Part shown: positions 50,603-60,821 of the stretch, in pieces
Layout: each line of letters starts with the position of its first letter
How positions within the stretch are numbered: the first letter of the stretch is position 1
DNA from: Muribaculaceae bacterium
GTDB taxonomy: Bacteria > Bacteroidota > Bacteroidia > Bacteroidales > Muribaculaceae
Reading direction: 5' to 3'
NCBI GenBank assembly: GCA_017391675.1
Contig: JAFOXR010000043.1
Span: 4,339 to 68,338 of the forward strand
DNA length: 64,000 bases
Position numbers and translations under genes: made by a program
Notes under the pieces: generated by a model
Databases searched by the model: none
What the model was told of the DNA's origin: nothing
What the model saw: only the letters and a program-made list of their open reading frames with translations

Positions 50603-51205
50603 ATGGAAAGGGTAAAGTTGAATGTTTTGGGAATCACCTACAGCCAGGTGCAGGCTGGGGCATATGCTCTAGTGCTCTCGGAAGAAGGCGGACCATATCG
50701 TATTCCTGTAGTCGTGGGAGTGGCCGAAGCTCAATCCATAGCAATAAAACTTGAGAATATGATACCACCTCGTCCGTTGCCGCATGATTTGATAGTGGGT
50801 CTGTCGCGTGCTTACGGAATAAATCTTGACGAGGTGTTCCTGTATAAATTTGAAAATGGCATTTTCTTGTCGGAACTTAAGTTCAGCAGTGACGACCGCA
50901 GCGTGAAAGTGGATTCCCGCACTAGCGATGCCATAGCTTTGGCGTTGCGTACGGGTGCTCCGATTTACACTACTAGGGAAATACTGGAGAAAACAGGGTT
51001 CATATCCGATAAGGCTGATGCTGCGCCTAAAAACATGTTTGCCGATGAACCAAGGACTATAAATCTCAAGAAGTTCGCAGTTGAAGAACTTGAAAAGATG
51101 ATAGCCAAATGCGTAGAACGGGAAGAATATGAAAAAGCGGCAGAAATAAAGAATATTATAGCCGAAAAACTGGCTGAACGAGATAATAAAACATCAGAAG
51201 ATTAA
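50603..51205 (+). CDS. Bifunctional nuclease (DUF151) with a C-terminal UVR motif
   Basis: 200 aa. N-terminal block ...YALVL.E.GG.YRIPVVVG..EAQSIA..LE...PPRPL.HDL is typical of the BFN domain. The C-terminal EEYEKAAEIKNII resembles a UvrB/C motif. Confidence 0.8.
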   Translation: MERVKLNVLGITYSQVQAGAYALVLSEEGGPYRIPVVVGVAEAQSIAIKLENMIPPRPLPHDLIVGLSRAYGINLDEVFLYKFENGIFLSELKFSSDDRSVKVDSRTSDAIALALRTGAPIYTTREILEKTGFISDKADAAPKNMFADEPRTINLKKFAVEELEKMIAKCVEREEYEKAAEIKNIIAEKLAERDNKTSED

Positions 51206-51230
51206 TAGAGAGTAAGCAAAACGAAACATT

Positions 51231-52535
51231 ATGTGGACGATAAAATCGAGACTGACAGTAATGAACTTCCTGGAATTTGCAGTGTGGGGCGCATATCTCA
51301 CCTGTATGGGTAATTATCTGGGAAAAGCAGGAATGGGTGCAGAGATTGCATGGTTTTATGCGATACAGGGTATCGTGTCGATCTTTATGCCTACTCTGAT
51401 GGGAATCATAGCCGACCGTTATATACAGCCGCAGCGTTTGCTAGGCGTGTGTCATCTTGTGGCGGGGCTGGCGATGATAGGTCTGTTCTATATGGGAATG
51501 ACATCGGCAACACCCGATAAGGTTACTTTCATATCTTTGTATACATTGAGCGTGGCGTTCTATATGCCTACTCTGGCGTTGTCAAATACAACAGCATTCA
51601 CAATATTGAAAGAACATGGATATGATACAATAAAGTCATTCCCTTCAATACGAGTGTTTGGAACTGTCGGCTTCATAGCGACAATGTGGTTTGTGAACTG
51701 TGCAACACTTGATAATGGAGCGTTCTCGTTCTCTCTAGCTGAGAATGCAAATAAGTTCCAGTATACTCACCTGCAGTTCTTGGTGTCGGGTGTGTTAAGT
51801 GTTATTTTGTTTGCATATTGCTTGACCTTGCCTGAGTGCAAACTTGTGCCAAAGACTTCGCAAACATTGGCTGAAACTTTCGGATTGGATGCATTCAAGC
51901 TGTTGAAGAATAAGAGAATGGCGATTTTCTTCCTGTTCTCATGCCTGTTGGGCATGTCATTGCAGGTGACAAATGGATATGCAACGCCATTCATTACAAG
52001 CTTTAAGGGAATGGCGCAGTATGCCGATTCTTTTGCTGCAAATAATGCAACATTGCTTATCTCGCTTTCGCAAGTGGCAGAGGCATTGTGCATATTGCTG
52101 ATACCATTCTTCCTAAGACGATATGGAATCAAGGTAGTAATGCTCATCGCGATGTTTGCATGGGTAGGCCGATTCGGATTCTTTGGTTTAGGAAATCCTG
52201 CGTTCCCAGGAGTGATATTGTTTCTGCTTTCTTGCATAGTATATGGAGTTGCTTTTGACTTCTTCAATGTATCGGGAGGAATGTTTGTGGATCAGGAGAG
52301 CGACAGCAATGTGCGTGCGTCGGCTCAGGGGTTGTTCATGCTTATGACAAACGGCCTTGGCGCGACGATAGGAACGCTATTGGCAGGAGAAGTTGTGAAC
52401 CGTTACTGCAGCTGGACTGCCGACGGCTATTTGCTTGGTGACTGGCAGAGCGTGTGGTTTATATTTGCAGGTTTTGCCTTGGTTGTAGCTGTAGCATTCA
52501 TGCTGTTGTTTAAGGAGAAAAAGGCTCGTGCGTAA
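51231..52535 (+). CDS. NupG/XapB-type nucleoside:H+ symporter (MFS)
   Basis: 434-aa 12-TM protein. The N-terminal RLTVMNFLEFAVWGAYLTCMGNYL matches the NupG-family start. Confidence 0.8.
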   Translation: MWTIKSRLTVMNFLEFAVWGAYLTCMGNYLGKAGMGAEIAWFYAIQGIVSIFMPTLMGIIADRYIQPQRLLGVCHLVAGLAMIGLFYMGMTSATPDKVTFISLYTLSVAFYMPTLALSNTTAFTILKEHGYDTIKSFPSIRVFGTVGFIATMWFVNCATLDNGAFSFSLAENANKFQYTHLQFLVSGVLSVILFAYCLTLPECKLVPKTSQTLAETFGLDAFKLLKNKRMAIFFLFSCLLGMSLQVTNGYATPFITSFKGMAQYADSFAANNATLLISLSQVAEALCILLIPFFLRRYGIKVVMLIAMFAWVGRFGFFGLGNPAFPGVILFLLSCIVYGVAFDFFNVSGGMFVDQESDSNVRASAQGLFMLMTNGLGATIGTLLAGEVVNRYCSWTADGYLLGDWQSVWFIFAGFALVVAVAFMLLFKEKKARA

Positions 52536-52558
52536 TTAATTAAATAGATTCGGAAAGT

Positions 52559-53269
52559 ATGCATCGCTTTTATGCCCCCGATATTGAAACATCGCTCACT
52601 CTGCCAGAGATTGAGTCGCAGCATGCTGTGCGTGTGTTGAGGCTAGCAGAAGGGGATATGATAGAAGTTGTAGATGGCAAGGGAACATTGTTCGCTTGCC
52701 GAATAACGCTAGCTCATAGCAAACATTGTGGCGTGGAAATTGTGGAAAGTATAGAAGCGGGAACTCATTGGGGGAACAGAATTATACTATGCGTAGCACC
52801 TACCAAGAATCTTGACCGTATTGAATGGCTTGCCGAGAAATGCACCGAGATGGGGATAGACAGGCTGATTCCGATAAAATGCCGTTATTCCGAGCGCAAG
52901 GAACTCAAGACGGAACGCTTGCAGAAGATTCTTGTATCGGCAATGAAGCAATCGCTGAAAGCCGTTTTGCCGCAGCTTGATGAAATGACACCTGTTGCAG
53001 AGGTGATAAACATGCCGTTTGAAGGACAGAAGTACATTGCCTATTGTGATGATGCCGTTGATCGCAGGTTGCTTGCAAAGGAATATAAACCAGGAGAAGA
53101 TGTAATGATTCTCATTGGTCCTGAAGGAGATTTCAGCAAAGAAGAAGTTGATGCGGCCTTGAATAATGGTTTTGTACCAGTGTCGCTAGGAGAGAGTCGA
53201 TTAAGGACCGAAACAGCAGCGGTTTCGGCATGCTTTGCGTGCCATACGCTGAATCAGAAGAGTGAGTGA
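52559..53269 (+). CDS. rsmE: 16S rRNA (uracil1498-N3)-methyltransferase
   Basis: 236 aa. N-terminal MHRFY followed by a PUA-like domain, and the C-terminal SPOUT knot motif ILIGPEGDFS..E........G...VSLG...LR.ETA. Confidence 0.88.
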   Translation: MHRFYAPDIETSLTLPEIESQHAVRVLRLAEGDMIEVVDGKGTLFACRITLAHSKHCGVEIVESIEAGTHWGNRIILCVAPTKNLDRIEWLAEKCTEMGIDRLIPIKCRYSERKELKTERLQKILVSAMKQSLKAVLPQLDEMTPVAEVINMPFEGQKYIAYCDDAVDRRLLAKEYKPGEDVMILIGPEGDFSKEEVDAALNNGFVPVSLGESRLRTETAAVSACFACHTLNQKSE

Positions 53270-53319
53270 ATTATAAAATAGATATTAAAAATTAGAAACA
53301 GAATAAATTTTTGTTAGAA

Positions 53320-54915
53320 ATGAAAAAAGGACTATTAGCATTGTGCTTTATGGCATGTTCTGCATTGTCGGTAACATCGTTTGCACAGAATAAGGTCAGT
53401 GATGCTCAGCGTCGCATAAATGCGGCAGTAATGGCTGTGTATAATGAAGAATTGGCAAAGAATCCTTATGATTATGCGCTATTGTATAGCCGTGCCAATC
53501 AATATTTCCTTAATGGTGAGTATCTTAAGTCGCTGGAAGATATTAATAACTCTATTAAATACATGCCTAAATCAGATGAGTCTACTATGTTTGAAGCGCA
53601 TGTCCTTCGTGCTAAAATCTATGTGATACGCAAGGAAAATGCAGCGGCAATAATGGACTTGAAGATTGCTAATACAATTAAGCCAACCGATCAGCATACG
53701 CTATTGCTGCTAGGTAATATGTGTGTGGAAAGTGGCGATTTGGAATCGGCACGAACTGCTTACAAGACATTGCAGCGCATGAATTCTCTTGATTACAATG
53801 CTTTGGCGGGATTGGCTAAGGTCGCTGTTAAGGAAGGCAATTATGATGAGGCGGCAACTTATGCCAATAGAGCAGTGGACTTGTTCCCAGCTGAGCCTAG
53901 AGTGTACTTGAACCGTTCTGATGTGCTTGTGATGATGAATGATTATAAGGGCGCTGCTCAAGATATTATTTCTGCAATAAGTGTTTCTAATGACATCTCA
54001 GGTGCGTTGCAGAGACTAGTGGATATGAGTGATACCAATTATAGTGATGTGATGGACGCTTTGTCCAATTCTATTGACAAGGCTCCAGAGGTGGGCATGT
54101 TCTATTACATTAGAGCATCGGTTGCAATGGAGCATAATCATTATTCTGCCGCATTGAAGGACCTTAATACAATAATCAACAAGAAATTGTATGATTATCA
54201 TGGCATTTACTATTATAGCGCGTTGGCCAACTTTAACTTGAGCCGTTACATGGAGGCACTGAACAGAATAAATACAGCTATAATGATGGATGCAACTCGC
54301 CCTGGATATTATGTACTAAAGGCTAAGATTCAAAGTGCAATGGGTATGACTGAGGACGGTTTGAAATCGGTGAATATGGCGCTTGGTATGGCTCCAAACT
54401 ATATAGATGCTTTGAGAGAAAAGGCTCTCCTTAATATTCTTGCGGGAAATTACAAGGTGGCGCTTACATCAATAAATGAAGCATTGCTGAATGACCCAAC
54501 AATCGCCGAGAATGTGCTGTTGCGTGCGTGGCTTCACAAGACATATTTGAAGGGCGAGACAACGGCTAAAAACGATTATAATAATGTTTTGCTCATAGGT
54601 GAAGACCTGTCATCGTTGAGAGGTGTAGCCTTGAGCGGACTTGGAAGAACCGATGAGGCTAAGGCTTGGGCCGACAAGATGGTAGCGGAAATGCCTGCAG
54701 CAGGCGGTGAAGCATATTATACTGCAGCAGTAGTATATACTTTATGCGGTGATAATGAAAAGGCTTTGGACTTGCTTGAAAGTGCATTGGCCAACGGCTA
54801 TGGAAATTATTACAAGGTATATGATTACCGTGAAGGCGAAGTGAATCTATTGCCTCTACGCTCATTGCCAAGATTTAAAGAAATCGTAAATAAATACGAT
54901 AAGGTGTTTGAGTAA
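53320..54915 (+). CDS. Secreted tetratricopeptide-repeat protein
   Basis: The ATG at 53320 (MKKGLLALCFMACSALSVTSFA signal peptide) is preferred to the TTG at 53311. The body carries repeated 34-residue A/Y/L-patterned TPR units throughout. Confidence 0.75.
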   Translation: MKKGLLALCFMACSALSVTSFAQNKVSDAQRRINAAVMAVYNEELAKNPYDYALLYSRANQYFLNGEYLKSLEDINNSIKYMPKSDESTMFEAHVLRAKIYVIRKENAAAIMDLKIANTIKPTDQHTLLLLGNMCVESGDLESARTAYKTLQRMNSLDYNALAGLAKVAVKEGNYDEAATYANRAVDLFPAEPRVYLNRSDVLVMMNDYKGAAQDIISAISVSNDISGALQRLVDMSDTNYSDVMDALSNSIDKAPEVGMFYYIRASVAMEHNHYSAALKDLNTIINKKLYDYHGIYYYSALANFNLSRYMEALNRINTAIMMDATRPGYYVLKAKIQSAMGMTEDGLKSVNMALGMAPNYIDALREKALLNILAGNYKVALTSINEALLNDPTIAENVLLRAWLHKTYLKGETTAKNDYNNVLLIGEDLSSLRGVALSGLGRTDEAKAWADKMVAEMPAAGGEAYYTAAVVYTLCGDNEKALDLLESALANGYGNYYKVYDYREGEVNLLPLRSLPRFKEIVNKYDKVFE

Positions 54916-54937
54916 ATGGTGAGATAAAGAAGTTGTG

Positions 54938-54973
54938 AGCGGCATTATTTGTGATAGTGCCGCTTATTTTTTT
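54938..54973 (+). terminator. Rho-independent terminator after the TPR gene
   Basis: 7-bp stem agcggca / tgccgct with a 13-nt loop, followed by tattttttt. Confidence 0.6.
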
Positions 54974-55056
54974 AGTGGAAAGACCAAAAAAAGGATAAAA
55001 TCACCTATCTTGATTATTTTTTTGATGAAACACTTGCGTAGTTGGGAGAAAGTGCG

Positions 55057-55064
55057 TATCTTTG
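55057..55064 (+). promoter_or_regulatory. -7 promoter box TATCTTTG for tRNA-Val
   Basis: Exact TAnnTTTG match, 24 nt upstream of tRNA position 1. Confidence 0.6.
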
Positions 55065-55087
55065 CATCGCAATTGAGAAATCAATGA

Positions 55088-55162
55088 GGGCGTTTAGCTC
55101 AGCTGGTTCAGAGCATCTGCCTTACAAGCAGAGGGTCGGCGGTTCGAATCCGTCAACGCCCA
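55088..55162 (+). tRNA. tRNA-Val (anticodon TAC)
   Basis: Manual cloverleaf fold. Acceptor gggcgtt/aacgccc, D-arm gctc/gagc, anticodon arm tctgc/gcaga with loop cTTACAa, T-arm ggcgg/ccgtc with loop ttcgaat, discriminator A. No CCA is encoded. Confidence 0.92.
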
Positions 55163-55170
55163 CAAGAAAA

Positions 55171-55201
55171 AAGCGGTTCAATTTAAATTGAGCCGCTTTT
55201 T
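55171..55201 (+). terminator. Rho-independent terminator after tRNA-Val
   Basis: 9-bp stem agcggttca / tgagccgct (one G-U pair) with an 8-nt loop, followed by ttttt. Confidence 0.75.
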
Positions 55202-55248
55202 CGTTTTATTATATCTCCCTTTTATTTGACCATATAAACCATTATATA

Positions 55249-55256
55249 TATCTTTG
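55249..55256 (+). promoter_or_regulatory. -7 promoter box TATCTTTG for the aminotransferase gene
   Basis: Exact TAnnTTTG match, 22 nt upstream of the ATG at 55278. Confidence 0.55.
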
Positions 55257-55277
55257 TAAAAACTAATCTACAAGATT

Positions 55278-56474
55278 ATGCCAAATATTTCACTCCGGGC
55301 AACTGAAATGCCCGCATCACCGATTAGAAAGCTTGTGCCGCTAGCTGAGGCAGCAAAAGCTCGCGGAACAAAGATATATCATCTGAACATTGGTCAGCCC
55401 GATTTGCCCACACCACAGGTGGCTCTAGATGCTATACGCAATGTGGATCGTACAATACTTGAGTATAGTCCAAGTGACGGATACCGTTCACTTCGTGAAA
55501 AGCTGGTGGGGTATTATGACCAGTATCAAATCCATCTTACTCCAGAGGATATAATTATTACTACAGGAGGTTCGGAGGCTGTGCTTTTCGCCTTTATGTC
55601 ATGCCTGAATCCAGGGGACGAGATTATCGTGCCAGAACCTGCGTATGCCAACTATATGGCATTTGCAATCTCGGCAGGAGCTGTTATACGCCCTGTGATT
55701 TCCTCAATTGAGGACGGGTTCGCTTTGCCGAGCATAGAGAAGTTTGAGGCTCTTATAAACGAGCGCACTCGAGGCATTCTCATATGCAATCCTAATAATC
55801 CTACTGGTTACCTGTACACTCGCAAGGAAATGAACCAGATTCGTGATTTGGTAAAGAAGCATGATCTATTCCTTTTCTCCGATGAGGTTTATCGCGAATA
55901 TATTTACACTGGTTCTCCATATATTTCGGCTTGTCACCTGGAGGGCATAGAAGATAATGTGGTCCTTATTGACTCTGTGTCTAAGCGTTACTCAGAGTGC
56001 GGTATTCGTATTGGTGCTCTAATTACAAAGAATAAGACTCTACGCGCAGCTGTAATGAAATTCTGTCAGGCTCGCTTGTCGCCGCCGCTAATAGGACAGA
56101 TTATAGCTGAGGCTTCATTAGATGCTCCTCGCCAGTATTCGACTGATGTGTACGAAGAATATATTGAGCGACGCAAGTGTCTTGTCGACGGTTTGAATAA
56201 GATTCCAGGCGTTTATTCTCCTATACCTATGGGTGCGTTCTATACGGTTGCTCGTCTTCCGGTAGACGATACCGACGATTTCTGTGCCTGGTGCTTGAGT
56301 GATTTTGAATATGAAGGAGAAACCGTAATGCTGGCTCCTGCTTCGGGTTTCTATTCCGATCCGTCGATGGGAAGGAATGAAGTGCGAATCGCTTATGTGC
56401 TTAAAAAGGAAGATTTACAGCGGGCGTTAATAGTTCTAGCCAAAGCTCTTGAAGCATATAATAACCGCAAGTAA
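55278..56474 (+). CDS. Class I PLP-dependent aminotransferase (aspartate/aromatic aminotransferase-like)
   Basis: 398 aa. N-terminal block MPASPIRKL, then L.IGQPD, NPNNPTG and the SVSKRYS lysine motif. Confidence 0.85.
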   Translation: MPNISLRATEMPASPIRKLVPLAEAAKARGTKIYHLNIGQPDLPTPQVALDAIRNVDRTILEYSPSDGYRSLREKLVGYYDQYQIHLTPEDIIITTGGSEAVLFAFMSCLNPGDEIIVPEPAYANYMAFAISAGAVIRPVISSIEDGFALPSIEKFEALINERTRGILICNPNNPTGYLYTRKEMNQIRDLVKKHDLFLFSDEVYREYIYTGSPYISACHLEGIEDNVVLIDSVSKRYSECGIRIGALITKNKTLRAAVMKFCQARLSPPLIGQIIAEASLDAPRQYSTDVYEEYIERRKCLVDGLNKIPGVYSPIPMGAFYTVARLPVDDTDDFCAWCLSDFEYEGETVMLAPASGFYSDPSMGRNEVRIAYVLKKEDLQRALIVLAKALEAYNNRK

Positions 56475-56495
56475 TTAATGCTTGAATAAACAACC

Positions 56496-56524
56496 AAGAG
56501 GGCGAGTCATTGACTCGCCCTCTT
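56496..56524. terminator. Bidirectional GC-rich hairpin between convergent genes
   Basis: 12-bp perfect stem aagagggcgagt / actcgccctctt with a 5-nt loop, located between the aminotransferase (+) and purU (-) stops. The flanking U-tracts are weak. Confidence 0.6.
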
Positions 56525-56556
56525 AGTTGTTATATGGACCTTGCTTTAGCGTTATA

Positions 56557-57426
56557 TTAGCTGAAAACAACTGTTTTGTTGCGGTAGGTGAGAATCTTGC
56601 GTTGTATATGCTTCTCTACTGCACGGGAAAGGACAATCTTCTCGAGGTCACGACCTTTTTTCACAAGATCTTCTACAGTGTCCTTATGCGTGATACGCAC
56701 GATATCCTGTTCAATAATAGGACCAGCATCAAGTTCGGTAGTGACATAGTGACTGGTTGCACCGATAAGTTTCACGCCTCTTTCGTAGGCTGCATGATAT
56801 GGCTTTGCTCCAACGAATGCAGGCAAGAATGAGTGGTGAATGTTGATGATCCTGTTTGGGTATCTGTTGATAAAATCTTCCGACAATACTTGCATGTATC
56901 TGGCTAGAACAATGAAGTCGATATCGTATTTCTTTAGGATTTCAAATTCGCGCTGTTCCATTTCTGCCTTGTTCTCGCGAGTGACAGGGATATATTCGTA
57001 TGGAATGTTGAATTGCTCTGCCGTAAGCTGCATATTTGGGTGGTTGCTGATGATGACAGGTATTTCCACATCCCATTCACCTGCGATATATCTGGCAAGC
57101 ATATCGTAAAGGCAGTGTGACATTTTAGACACGAATATAGCCATTCGTTGCTTGCGGCCGGTAAATGAGATTCCGTATGTCATATTGTACTTTCCAGCAT
57201 ACAAGGTCTCGAAATAATCGGAAATCTTCTCACGAGGAATAATGAATTTCTCTAAATCCCATTCCACTCTCATATAGAATATGCCGTTTGCTCTATCCAC
57301 ATACTGGTCCAGGTAAAGGATATTACCTCCATTAGTATTGATGAATTCTGTAATTACGGCAATGATGCCTGGCTGGTCGGGGCAGTGCATTAGCAGTATA
57401 GCGCTGTCCGGTCTGTTCTCTTTCAT
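56557..57426 (-). CDS. purU: Formyltetrahydrofolate deformylase
   Basis: 289 aa. N-terminal ACT domain (ILLMHCPDQPGIIAVITEFI), then a formyltransferase core with INIHHSFLPAF.GA.PY..A and HYVT.ELD.GPII.Q. Confidence 0.92.
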   Translation of the reverse strand: MKENRPDSAILLMHCPDQPGIIAVITEFINTNGGNILYLDQYVDRANGIFYMRVEWDLEKFIIPREKISDYFETLYAGKYNMTYGISFTGRKQRMAIFVSKMSHCLYDMLARYIAGEWDVEIPVIISNHPNMQLTAEQFNIPYEYIPVTRENKAEMEQREFEILKKYDIDFIVLARYMQVLSEDFINRYPNRIINIHHSFLPAFVGAKPYHAAYERGVKLIGATSHYVTTELDAGPIIEQDIVRITHKDTVEDLVKKGRDLEKIVLSRAVEKHIQRKILTYRNKTVVFS

Positions 57427-57463
57427 AGATTGTTTTATGAATTGTAGATTTTTATTTGTTCTG

Positions 57464-57471
57464 CAAAGATA
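57464..57471 (-). promoter_or_regulatory. -7 promoter box TATCTTTG for purU
   Basis: Reverse complement of caaagata. Exact TAnnTTTG match, about 38 nt upstream of the purU ATG. Confidence 0.55.
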
Positions 57472-57577
57472 GTGAAAATGAGCGTAGTGAGCAATAAAAC
57501 ACTGGCAGAATGTGGCGTGATGATAGGAATTGCTTGCGTTTTGGGCGAAATAACAATAAATTGAGTTGTGAGTGCTA

Positions 57578-57616
57578 TAAAAAGAGAGAAGGTTGTATCA
57601 CTTATACAACCTTCTC
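57578..57616 (-). terminator. Strong rho-independent terminator after tonB
   Basis: 13-bp perfect stem gagaaggttgtat / atacaaccttctc with a 5-nt loop. On the minus strand it is followed by a T-rich tail ending in a five-T run (tctcttttt). Confidence 0.85.
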
Positions 57617-57659
57617 AGTATTATGTTTAACAGCTCAATCGAGCTTTAAACTCATATTA

Positions 57660-58517
57660 TTAGTTCAAACCTTGAAGTTTGAATGTGATAGGCAATGTAT
57701 ACCATACATTTACTGCCTGACCATTCATCTTACCAGGGATAAACTTAGGAAGAGACTTACATAGGCGAACAGCTTCCTTGTCTAGGTCACGGTCTACACT
57801 ACGGATTACCTTCACTTCGCCTACTGTACCATTCTTGGTAACAACGAATTGAACGATAACGCGTCCTTGTACACCATTTTCCATAGCAACTTGAGGATAG
57901 TTGATGTTGTTGCTCAAATATTTCATAAGAGCAGCGTCACCACCAGGGAATTGAGGCATTTGCTCAACCGCTGTAAATACCTTTTCAGGTTCTGGTTTCT
58001 TTTCTTCAACGATAACCTCGTTCTTGTATTCGCGTACTACATTACGGTCATCAGTACCCTGGTCGAAGTCTGTACTACCGAAAGCAGTTTCGGTTTCCTT
58101 CAATTCGTCAGCGGTCTTGATTTCGTCTTCCTTCTTCACTTCTTCGTCCTTAGCGATAAGAAGTTCGGTAACCTTTACTGTGTTAAGAATTTCTTCAGGA
58201 AGAGCTTCAGGTTCTGGCATTTCTACCTTTTCTTGAACTTCTTCTTCTGGTTCTTCCTCAGCTTGGTCAACGAATGCTACAAGTTCTTGGCTTGCTTGGT
58301 CGGTGATAGCTGCTTGTTCTGCAATATAAGCTTGTACGCTTAGGTAAGAATAAGCACCGATACCGATTACGATCAAACCTACAACTGTGTAGATGAAAGC
58401 TTTCATGTGGCGAGGCTTAGAGTCTGTACGAAGTACATAAGCGCCATAAGCCTTGTTTCTGCCTTCAAATACTATATCGCTCCACTCTCTCGACGTTAGA
58501 TCTACATCTTTTGCCAT
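57660..58517 (-). CDS. tonB: Energy transducer TonB
   Basis: 285 aa. N-terminal TM anchor, an acidic E/P-rich spacer, and a C-terminal TonB_C domain (EQMPQFPGGDAALMKYLSNNINYP..A.ENGVQGRVIVQFVV.K.G.V.EV.V.RS....LD.EA.R......KF.PG...G..V). Confidence 0.9.
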   Translation of the reverse strand: MAKDVDLTSREWSDIVFEGRNKAYGAYVLRTDSKPRHMKAFIYTVVGLIVIGIGAYSYLSVQAYIAEQAAITDQASQELVAFVDQAEEEPEEEVQEKVEMPEPEALPEEILNTVKVTELLIAKDEEVKKEDEIKTADELKETETAFGSTDFDQGTDDRNVVREYKNEVIVEEKKPEPEKVFTAVEQMPQFPGGDAALMKYLSNNINYPQVAMENGVQGRVIVQFVVTKNGTVGEVKVIRSVDRDLDKEAVRLCKSLPKFIPGKMNGQAVNVWYTLPITFKLQGLN

Positions 58518-58567
58518 AATAAAATTCCTTTCTGATTTTTAAAATTAAACAATTAATAGATCTCACA

Positions 58568-59263
58568 TCACTTTTGACGAGCTATCAAGAAATCGGCCAT
58601 CATAGCAGAGTCGGTACCGTTGATACGGTCGATTTGGTAACGGCTGATGTTGTTGATTTGCATTTCGTCTAGTGCAGTCACTAGGCTCTTGTAACTTGCG
58701 TTAGGAGTAGCCTTGATGATGATTACTGGACGAGTCAAAGTTGAGTCATTACGGATTTCCTTAGCGCGTGCTTGGTAAACACTGTCGTTAACAGCCTTGT
58801 TAGAAGAGAACTTCTTAGCTTTCCAGTCTTCTTTAAGCACGGTGATTTTCTCAACAACTTGTTTATTGCGTTCTTGAAGAACGGCACGGATACCTTGTGC
58901 TTTTCCGTTTTCGTTACCCTTGAACTCAATTTCCTTCATGATGTTGTTGTCAATCTTACCATCTTTGTTAGCATCTTCGATGTTAGGCATACCTTCATAG
59001 TAGTATACATAGTCCTTAGTAGGAACGCCATTGTCATCAATATCACTGTCGACGATGATAGTTACAGCTTCAGATTGTTTTACCTTGTTCTGCTCAGTCT
59101 TGTCCACTTTTTCGTTAGATGGCAAACTTATTTGCAAAGTTTGTGACTTGATCATAGTGGTACAAAGCATGAAGAAGGTAATCAAAAGCATGTTCATGTC
59201 CACCATCGGGGTGAAGTCTACGCGAACATCTTTTTTCTTGGTATATTCTTTCTTTTTAGCCAT
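58568..59263 (-). CDS. exbD: ExbD/TolR-family biopolymer transport protein (long form)
   Basis: 231 aa. N-terminal block VDFTPMVDMNMLLITFFML is typical of ExbD, followed by an extended periplasmic domain. Confidence 0.85.
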   Translation of the reverse strand: MAKKKEYTKKKDVRVDFTPMVDMNMLLITFFMLCTTMIKSQTLQISLPSNEKVDKTEQNKVKQSEAVTIIVDSDIDDNGVPTKDYVYYYEGMPNIEDANKDGKIDNNIMKEIEFKGNENGKAQGIRAVLQERNKQVVEKITVLKEDWKAKKFSSNKAVNDSVYQARAKEIRNDSTLTRPVIIIKATPNASYKSLVTALDEMQINNISRYQIDRINGTDSAMMADFLIARQK

Positions 59264-59264
59264 A

Positions 59265-59966
59265 TTAATCTTCTTCAGTTTTTAGAGCAGTCATCAAAGT
59301 GAACTTGTTCATCTTCAAAGTCTGCAAATTGTCCATTACCACTTGTACTACAGAATATGGGGTAGTAGCGTCAGCCTTGATAGCAATACCCTTACCGCTC
59401 TTTACAGCCTTAGCCAAATTTGGGTTTGAAGTATTGTACAAAGCAAGCATCCATTGTTGGAATTCGTTGCGGTTTTCTACATCTTTTCCCATGTCGATAG
59501 GAATACCTGCCTTAGGATTCTTAGCTGGATCCAATAAGTCGTCGCGTTTTTCTGTAGGAAGCTTACACCATTCAGATAGTTGCGCAAGAGGCAAACCGAA
59601 CATGTGTGTATTTCCAAACACAGCGACATCAGCATTGGTTAGCTGAATCTTCTTATTTGGGTGTTTCTTATTGTATTCCTCAACTACATTCAACAAAACT
59701 TCTTCACGCATCTTTTCGCTTGAATAAGATGAATCGCGGTCACCCGCAATAGACAAGAAGATTTGAGAGTCCTTTGTTACCAACAGAGTAACCAAGTTCT
59801 GTTCAGGCACCTTTTCTTCCGAAACAGATGCTGGAGTGATTACTGTTGTTGGTTCCTTTTGAAGGAATGTAGAAGTCAACATGAAGAAAGTAAGCAAAAG
59901 CACGGTCACGTCACTCATCGCGGTCATGTCGATGAACGGGGCCTTTTTCTCTGTTTTTACTTTCAT
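59265..59966 (-). CDS. exbD: ExbD/TolR-family biopolymer transport protein (long form, second copy)
   Basis: 233 aa. N-terminal block PFIDMTAMSDVTVLLLTFFML. Tandem with the other exbD, 1 nt apart. Confidence 0.85.
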   Translation of the reverse strand: MKVKTEKKAPFIDMTAMSDVTVLLLTFFMLTSTFLQKEPTTVITPASVSEEKVPEQNLVTLLVTKDSQIFLSIAGDRDSSYSSEKMREEVLLNVVEEYNKKHPNKKIQLTNADVAVFGNTHMFGLPLAQLSEWCKLPTEKRDDLLDPAKNPKAGIPIDMGKDVENRNEFQQWMLALYNTSNPNLAKAVKSGKGIAIKADATTPYSVVQVVMDNLQTLKMNKFTLMTALKTEED

Positions 59967-60017
59967 AGTTGTACTTTAATTAAATTGTTTTACCGTTAAA
60001 AAATATAGGTAATCAAA

Positions 60018-60821
60018 TTAATACTTGTTTTCGAATGTAGCAACGATAACAGCACCAGCTTCGTTGATCTTGTAAGTGATGTCGTTGATCTTAACATCGA
60101 AGTAGTTGTAAGAAATTACAGCTAGAGCACCTACAAGGATACCAGATGCAGTGTTTACAAGCGCTTCAGAGATACCAGCAGAAAGAGCAGCTGAGTCAGG
60201 AGCACCAGATTGACCAAGAGCTTGGAAAGACTTGATCATACCAAGCACAGTACCGAATAGACCCATAAGAGTACCTAGAGTAGTGTTGGTAAAGATAAGT
60301 GGCATATTTTGTTGCAATGTAGGCATTTCCATATTGATTGCTTCGTCTAGAGCGTTGCGGATAGCAGCAATACGGTTTTCTTTCTTAAGAGTTGTTTCTT
60401 TTGCCATAGCAGCATAAGCTTCAACACCTGCAAGAACTGAGTTACCGATAGAACCACCTTGCTTAGCGCAGATAGCCTTAGCTTCTTCGATCTTGTCAGC
60501 TTCTAGAGCAGCCTTAAGTTCTTTTACGAATTTGTCTACAGACTTAGCACCCTTAGCCTTGCCAAGAGCGATAAGGCGTTCTACAGAAAGAATGATCACC
60601 AATACCAAAAGACCTTGGATGATAGGTACCACGAAACCACCAAGATACATTGTACCTAGTAGGTTGATTGGGTGACCAGCTTCGTCAAAGTTGCCAGCAG
60701 CACCTAGTACGAAGTTGTAGAAACAGATTGAAATCACGAAACTTAGAAGAATAACAACGAATGCGTTGAATCCCTTCTTAGCATTTTTAGCCTTAGCGGC
60801 ACTCTTTTTTTGAGCTTCCAT
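60018..60821 (-). CDS. exbB: MotA/TolQ/ExbB proton-channel protein
   Basis: 267 aa with three TM helices. C-terminal signature TLGTLMGLFGTVLGMI.SF.....G.PD...L..GISEALVNTASGI. Confidence 0.9.
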   Translation of the reverse strand: MEAQKKSAAKAKNAKKGFNAFVVILLSFVISICFYNFVLGAAGNFDEAGHPINLLGTMYLGGFVVPIIQGLLVLVIILSVERLIALGKAKGAKSVDKFVKELKAALEADKIEEAKAICAKQGGSIGNSVLAGVEAYAAMAKETTLKKENRIAAIRNALDEAINMEMPTLQQNMPLIFTNTTLGTLMGLFGTVLGMIKSFQALGQSGAPDSAALSAGISEALVNTASGILVGALAVISYNYFDVKINDITYKINEAGAVIVATFENKY